Positions 57,871 through 64,000 of a DNA stretch of 64,000 bases are shown piece by piece. Made by a program: the position numbers and the translations under genes. Numbering within the stretch: position 1 is the stretch's first letter; every line of letters begins with the position of its first letter. Under the pieces are notes generated by a model that saw nothing but the letters and a program-made list of their open reading frames with translations, had not been told where the DNA came from and did no database searches. Origin of the DNA: Macrostomum hystrix (lineage: Eukaryota > Animalia > Platyhelminthes). Location of the stretch: positions 17,980,001-18,044,000 of the forward strand of contig CATNEN010000039.1 of assembly GCA_950097015.1 (NCBI GenBank). The letters are read 5' to 3'.

Positions 57871-60800
57871 CCAGTCTAGGCCAGGCGTAGCCGGCGATTC
57901 ACCAGCCGTCGCCGACCCCGACGACGAAGCCTATCTAGCTCAGCAGCCATATATGCGCGACGTCCTGCTGGGTAAACCGTTGCGCAGTCACGAACTTGAC
58001 CCGGAGACTGGCACATTGATGGAGCGACGATCCACTGCCGTCGGCGGCGGCAGCGGCAGCGGCAGCAACCGCGGCTCGCGTGGCGCTTCGCCGAATCCGC
58101 CAACGTCTAGGAAGCCGGCCTATACGGCTATGCCGGCTTCAACTGAGAGCAATCTCACAATTAAGCGGAAGGTTAGCGGCCACCGCTTAGGGCTTGGAGT
58201 GCAGTTTTGGTGGTCCTTGAAAGGGCCGTTTTTATCAAATTTTTCCCACTTTAGCTACTATCAGTCGAACTTATATTTAAATATTATTTTAAACGATTTG
58301 AGATTTTTTTGTTTCCTAACGGAATATTTTAACTGCCGATAATCAATAGGCGCCTTTTATAATCGAGTGCACATGCTTAACAAAAAAACTTTGCGATTTG
58401 TATCACGCGCGTCAGTATAGTTTCATAGTCTAGTTTGCACTAAACATGCGATACGTTTATAAACAACATTATATATTGCCTATATTGGTTTAATCAGCCA
58501 CGTTTTACATTTTTGTTGGCCCCTGAAAGGGGTGCGTTTTGAAAAAATTGCACTGCTTGAATTATATGTTAAACTGATTAGTTTAGTTAATTAACGGAAT
58601 GATTATTTAACGAACTCAATAGACGCTTTAAATGGTAAAATGCTTGTGCTTAACAATAATTAAGAACATTGCGATTTGTATTGCACGCGTTATTATAGTT
58701 TTCCTAGTCTAGTTTGCACTAAACATGCAATACGTTTGCATGCAACATTATATTTAGTACTGAGTGTAGTTTTATCGGCATATCCTACACACTTGGAAAA
58801 ATTTCACTATTCTCGCAGACCGCAATGCCATCAAATTTGGAGCAGCTGCGACAGGCGCCGGCCACTGTGCTCAAACCTGCTCACCACGATCAGTGTGAGT
58901 TCTACCTGAGTTCTGGCTCGTTAACTTAACAATCAAAAACTGTTAAATTCATGCTTTTAAATTAGATCAATCATTATAATGAATTTGTTATATTTTGTTT
59001 AACTTTTCAGACTCCAAAGCTTGGGAGCCGAAGGGTCAATATGAGCAGAAAGGTGAGTCAGTGTGTCTCGCTTATTGTTTGGGTTAAATTTAAATTTGTT
59101 AAATTGTTACTTTGTTTGGCATTTGCATGTCCTGCTTACTCTACTTATAGTGGCAGTAAAGGAAAATTCTTGTAAAATATATATTAGAAAAGTTTAGGTG
59201 GTGCTGTCCAAAATACGCTACTCAAAGTGGCAGTATAAGTAATTCTATTCGATGTCTGCACTGATTTATTATTAGCAATCCGACATATCCTATCCTTTAT
59301 TATTATCCGAGCTTACTAAGTTATACTAAGTTAAATATAACTTTTTGTTCTGTAAATTCGATCACTTGTTTTCCTAGCGATATTTTCAGCCTAGTTGTTG
59401 TTAAAGAATTGGTCTCCCTAACCAAAAGGTCCGAAGTTCGAATCTCAGGATTTTGGCTAGAAAATTAGGGTGAGCAACGGGTAAAATATATTTACGAAAA
59501 TTTCCCAAATCCCAAACCTGTCCAGTCGTGGTGGAGCCGCCGCCTTCCGACTTCTCCCTGCCATCGCACATGGACGCCATCGGGAAGGCGCTGCAGGCAC
59601 CGGCGCCCGCCGCGGTGGATCCCAAACCGCAGCTTCCGCCTGCCGCAGGCTATCAGAAGCCAGCCCAGGAGCAGTTCCGCCGGACCGACACGCACGCCTT
59701 GGAGACTGCCCAGCAACACGATCCGAAGAATTTCAAGGAACTCATCTGGCGCCTCATCTACGGGCCCAAGGTTAATGACGAGCTGGAGAAGGTGAGTTGA
59801 CGTTTATTTGCCCATGATTTTTTCAGGATTATTTCCTTTTGGATTTTATCTGTAGATCATAAATCCCATGGATTTATCTAAGATGATTGTCTGAATGACC
59901 CATCTGGGACTATTATCAGTCACTAGGAATTAAGTGGAATTTATTATCCCATGAATTCATCTGGGATTTTTATGCCAAGGATTTTGCTGGGATTATTATC
60001 AGAAGGATTTATCTCGGACTATAATCACAAGGACAAATTTTCGCACTGATTATTGTCCCATTGATTTATATGGGATTATTGTCCCAATAATTTATCTGGG
60101 ACTTTTATCCTAAAGAATATTGTCCCATGGGATTCGATTATTGAATCCATATGGACATTGGATTATTATCCCAGCGATTCATCTAGGATTATTATCCCAC
60201 GGATTCATCTAGGATTTTTATCCCAAGGATTCATCTAGGATTATTATCCCAGGGATTCGTCTAAGATTATTATCCCAGGGATTCATCTAAGATTATTATC
60301 CCAGAGATTCATCTAGGATTATTATCCCAGGGATTCATCTAGGATTATTATCCCAGGGATTCATCTAGGATTATTATCCCAGGGATTCATCTAGGATTAT
60401 TATCCCAGAGATTCATCTAGGATTATTATCCCAAGGATTCATCTAAGATTATTATCCCAGCGATTCATCTAGCATTATTATCCCACGGATTCATCTAGGA
60501 TTTTTATCCCAAGGATTCATCTAGGATTATTATCCCACGGATTCATCTAGGATTATTATCCCAAGGATTCATCTAGGATTATTATCCCAGGGATTCATCT
60601 TAGATTATTATCACACGGATTCATCTAGGATTATTATCCCAGGGATTCATCTAGGATTATTATCCCAGGGATTCATCTTAGATTATTATCACACGGATTC
60701 ATCTAGGATTATTATCCCAGGGATTCATCTAGGATTATTATCCCAGGGATTCATCTAGGATTATTATCCCAGGGATTCATCTAGGATTATTATCCCAGGG

Positions 60801-63401
60801 ATTCATCTTAGATTATTATCACACGGATTCATCTAGGATTATTATCCCAGGGATTCATCTAGGATTATTATCCCAGGGATTCATCTAGGATTATTATCCC
60901 ATGGATTCATCTAGGATTATTATCCCAGGAATTCATCTAGGATTATTATCCCAAGGATTCATCTAAGATTATAATCCCAAGTATTTACTGTCGATAAAAG
61001 TCACATGATCTCCGATTCGCCTTCAATCAGGTGCGCATCCTATTCTTCTGGCTGTGCTCAAAGGATCTGAGCAAGCTACACTTCTCCAGCTACAAGCCGG
61101 ACTCGCCCGAGTCCATCCTGATGGGCATCAAGGCCGGCACTAGCACCTATGCTCAGGCCTTCTATACGCTGTGCTCAGCCTGCGACATACCCTGCCAGAT
61201 CATCGCTGGCTACGCCAAAGGAGCCGAATACCATCCCGGCATGGTGTTCGACTCGGACACGCGCGGGCGGCACAGCTGGAACGCTGTACTAGTAGCTGGT
61301 CAATGGCAGCTGGTGGATTGTCACTGGGCAGCTAGGCGACTTATCGGCAAGCAGAGCTCGCTTGAGAATGTGCGATACGAGCTTGACGAATTCTACTTTC
61401 TGCCTAGCCCGGCCAAGCTGGTGAGGATACAAGTGCTTAACTGGGCATTCAGTAGAAATACGATATCCTCCACCTCATTTAACTAAATGTCCCTAAAATA
61501 GGAAAAACTAGCTCTTTTATAGATAAATAAATATACCGGAAATGGGAAAAACGGTCTTTTAGAGATTGAAAAAAGATTATACTAAAAATTAGGAATATAA
61601 TCTACCAGATTAAATTATTTATCCCTGACATGGGGTATACCCTCTACTAGATTTAATGACTTAACCCTCTAATAGGGCATATCCTCTACCAGATTAAATG
61701 ATTTATCCCAAAAATGTGGAATATCCTCTACCTGATTGAATGATTTATCCCAAAAATGTGGAATATTCTCTAGGAGACCTAATTGTAGTTAAATTATAAT
61801 TTAGTTAGCGTGATAAAATCGCATTTTTTAAAGTCCTTGCTGAACTAATTACTTCCTCATCCCAACACCTGCCAGGTGTACACCCACCTGCCGGATCGCG
61901 AAGAGTGGCAGCTGTTGCGCGAGCCAATCACCAAGCAGCAATTCGAAGCCCTGGCCCCAGTAAAGAGCGCCTTCTTCAAGCACGGCCTCGACCTTCGCTC
62001 GCACCTGCTGGCTCGCATCGAACACGAAGCCGACGCAGCCGCCGCCGATGCCGCCGACTGTCCGGAGGTGCAGCCGGCACTGCTGGTTAAACTGGGCGTG
62101 CCGTGGGACTCTGCTAGCCGGCTGGCTTTCACCTTCACTCTAGGCACACACAGCGAGTCCGCTGCTGATGGCAGCGCGCAGGTAGCTTTCGTCACATTAT
62201 AATCCCTTGGCTGCCTCACTTTCTGCCCCTATTAGTTCTCTCCTCCAATTCTACCCCTGCGAATTCTTCCCTCCTCTGATCCTATCCCCTTTAGCTCGAT
62301 TCTACCCCCTCCGATTCTGCCCCTGTCACTTCTTTCCCCTCCGATTCTACCCCTGTTAATTCTTCCCCCTCTGATTCTACCCCTGTCAGTTCTTCGCCTC
62401 CTATTCTGCCACTGTCACTTCTTTCCCCTCCGATTCTACCCATGTCAGTTCTTCCCCTCCGATTCTGCCCCTGTCAGATCTTCCCCACTGATTCTACCCC
62501 TCTCAGTTCTTCCCCCTCTGGTTCTACCCCTGTCACTTCTTCCCCCCCTGGTTCTACCCCGTGTCAATACTTCCCCAAATAATGCTACACCCATTTTTCC
62601 CCTCTGTTTCTACCCCTGTCAGTTCTCCCTCCAATGGTTCTACACCCGTTATTTCATCCCTCTTGGTTTCTACCCCTGTCATTTCCCCCCTTAGATTCTA
62701 CCCGTCAGTTCTTCCCACCCGGTTCTACTTTGTTATTTTTCTTTCGCCAATGATTCTTCCCTGTCAGTTCTATCCCCTCCGATTCTGCCTAGTCATTTTT
62801 TGCCACCTATGATTCTACCTATCAGTTTTACCCTATCCATGGATTCTACCCCTGTAAATTCTCCCCCTCAATTCTACCCCCGTCAGTTCTGCCCCCCTGA
62901 TTCTACACCTGTCAGTTCTCCTCCTCTCCGTTTTTTCTCCCCATTTCTACCCCATGTGAGCTCTACTCCAGCTCAGTTATCCCACCTAACGCCTTCTCCC
63001 AACGCCGCCGCCAGGCCCAGCAGGAAGAAGAGGAGTCCACTCGTCGGCTCAGCCGCTACGGCGTTCACTTCTACGATCCGCGCGACTCGACCGCCACCTT
63101 TGCGCTGCGGCCGCCGCAGTCCGGCGCCTACCGCCTGATTCTCTACGCCAAAGAGGTCGACACGGGCGACGCTGCGACAGCTCCGGCCAAGGACCAGCTG
63201 GTTTTCGGCGCAGTCTGTGAGTACCGCCTGGACGCTGTGGTCCGATCTACTGCTCCGCGAGTTGAACCGTTTCCAATGTGTCAGAATACCAGCTACGGAC
63301 CGAATGAGGCTAATCTAAAGTACAAACTTAGCGCCATGAATCCCAACGAGGATTTACCGCTGTTTACTACTAGCAGTCTGGCTGAGGATGTCATGCTCAA
63401 G
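48469..63401 (+). CDS. Hillarin/kyphoscoliosis-peptidase (KY)/LTD-1-like protein with two tandem transglutaminase-like + Ig-like modules, 3'-partial; exons 48469-49316, 50484-50947, 52854-53059, 54841-54975, 56346-56718, 57731-58171, 58819-58894, 59011-59052, 59526-59791, 61031-61420, 61876-62181, 63015-63401
   Basis: Two copies of L-E-[RK]-x-R..F.W, GYAKG.EY.PG, HSWN, WQLVD.HWA.R, EN..YE.D.FYF and Y.H.P....WQLLR.P.T..QFE.L...KS.FFK.G; also [12 protein letters not shown]. All junctions are GT-AG and phase-compatible. Confidence 0.9.
49455..50290. repeat. 37-bp minisatellite (ggataggtggttaaatgatgtgaatgtgggatgtgat)n, intronic, interrupted by a MITE
   Basis: Tandem units. Confidence 0.95.
50022..50210. 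mobile_element. 189-bp hAT-like MITE inserted in minisatellite
   Basis: CAGtggcgtatcca...tggttacgcgcCTG termini with perfect 8-bp TSD ATGGATAG. Confidence 0.9.
51130..52565. repeat. 23-bp minisatellite (gatatggatatgagatgatatag)n, intronic
   Basis: ~60 tandem units. Confidence 0.95.
53112..54165. repeat. 22-bp purine-rich minisatellite (gatagaagatagaagaaggtag)n, intronic
   Basis: Tandem units; explains spurious ORF 52905..54242. Confidence 0.95.
55660..56078. mobile_element. ~420-bp non-autonomous TIR element (EnSpm/CMC-like termini)
   Basis: TA|CCCgctaaaaaat ... attttttacaGGG|TA; internal repeated gattcc/ggaatc motifs in both orientations. Confidence 0.6.
56127..56214 (-). mobile_element. 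SINE head fragment
   Basis: Matches the tRNA-like head and start of the CORE-like region of the SINE. Confidence 0.8.
56765..57415. repeat. 41-bp minisatellite (gtggattgctagtctagcccttcagcttaaaattgtggatg)n, two sub-variants, intronic
   Basis: Tandem units. Confidence 0.95.
58200..58760. repeat. Diverged ~300-bp tandem duplication in intron
   Basis: ttgcgatttgtat..tagtctagtttgcactaaacatgc.atacgttt occurs at ~58391-58458 and ~58669-58737. Confidence 0.7.
59810..60980. repeat. 26-bp minisatellite (ggattcatctaggattattatcccag)n with degenerate left flank, intronic
   Basis: Tandem units; homogeneous from ~60160. Confidence 0.95.
62240..62950. repeat. Degenerate ~30-bp C/T-rich minisatellite (ccgattctacccctgtcagttcttccccct)n, intronic
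   Basis: Repeated ttctacccctgtca core. Confidence 0.85.
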
Positions 63402-63489
63402 GTGAGAGCCCGCTTTCGTACTGGCTATAGATCTTAAAGTCTATATAAGATAATACTCAGTTCTTCTGCTACTTATTTCGATCGATATT

Positions 63490-64000
63490 GATTCGATAAT
63501 CCCTATCTCACATCGGCTACTAATCCATTTAATCTGGATTCGATAATCCCTATCTCACATCGGCTACTATTCCATTTTATCTGGATTCGATAATCCCTAT
63601 CTCACATTGGCTACTAATCCATTTTATCTGGATTCGATAATCCCTATCTCACATCGGCTACTAATCCATTTTATCTGGATTCGATAATCCCTATCTCACA
63701 TTGGCTACTAATCCATTTTATCTGGATTCGATGATCCCTATCTCACATCGGCTACTAATCCATTTTATCTGGATTCGATAATCCCTATCTCACATCGGCT
63801 ACTAATCCATTTTATCTGGATTCGATGATCCCTATCTCACATCGGCTACTAATCCATTTCATCTGGATTCGATGATCCCTATCTCACATCGGCTACTAAT
63901 CCATTTCATCTGGATTCGATAATCCCTATCTCACATCGGCTACTAATCCATTTCATCTGGATTCGATAATCCCTATCTCACATCGGCTACTAATCCATTT
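63490..64000. repeat. 47-bp minisatellite (ggattcgataatccctatctcacatcggctactaatccattttatct)n, intronic, runs off the window
   Basis: Tandem units. Confidence 0.95.

Overview
Eukaryotic (metazoan) genomic DNA with spliceosomal introns. The GC-rich, polyQ/polyA-rich codons and minisatellite-filled introns resemble a free-living flatworm such as Macrostomum; this is inference, not verified. Six host genes can be reconstructed. (1) A 3'-partial DEG/ENaC channel (-, 1-2649). (2) A 13-exon IRAG/LRMP(Jaw1)-like tail-anchored coiled-coil gene (+, 5551-11989). (3) A single-coding-exon 3225-aa low-complexity protein (-, 16454-26131). (4) A multi-CxxC + LRAT/PLAAT-domain gene (+, 33890-36884). (5) GPATCH11 (-, 38153-39169). 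(6) A hillarin/KY-like gene with two tandem transglutaminase-like modules (+, 48469 to beyond the window). There are also tRNA/CORE-type SINEs, several non-autonomous TIR elements and over a dozen distinct tandem repeats. The most unusual object is a degenerate Ty3/Gypsy retrotransposon (-, 41902-46640). Its apparent 3' LTR is an ~850-bp foldback with ~285-bp near-perfect inverted arms carrying mirrored E2F/TATA motifs. Between integrase and the LTR it carries an extra non-env ORF behind its own CCAAT/TATA/Inr-like promoter. All calls are by eye; no database searches were run.
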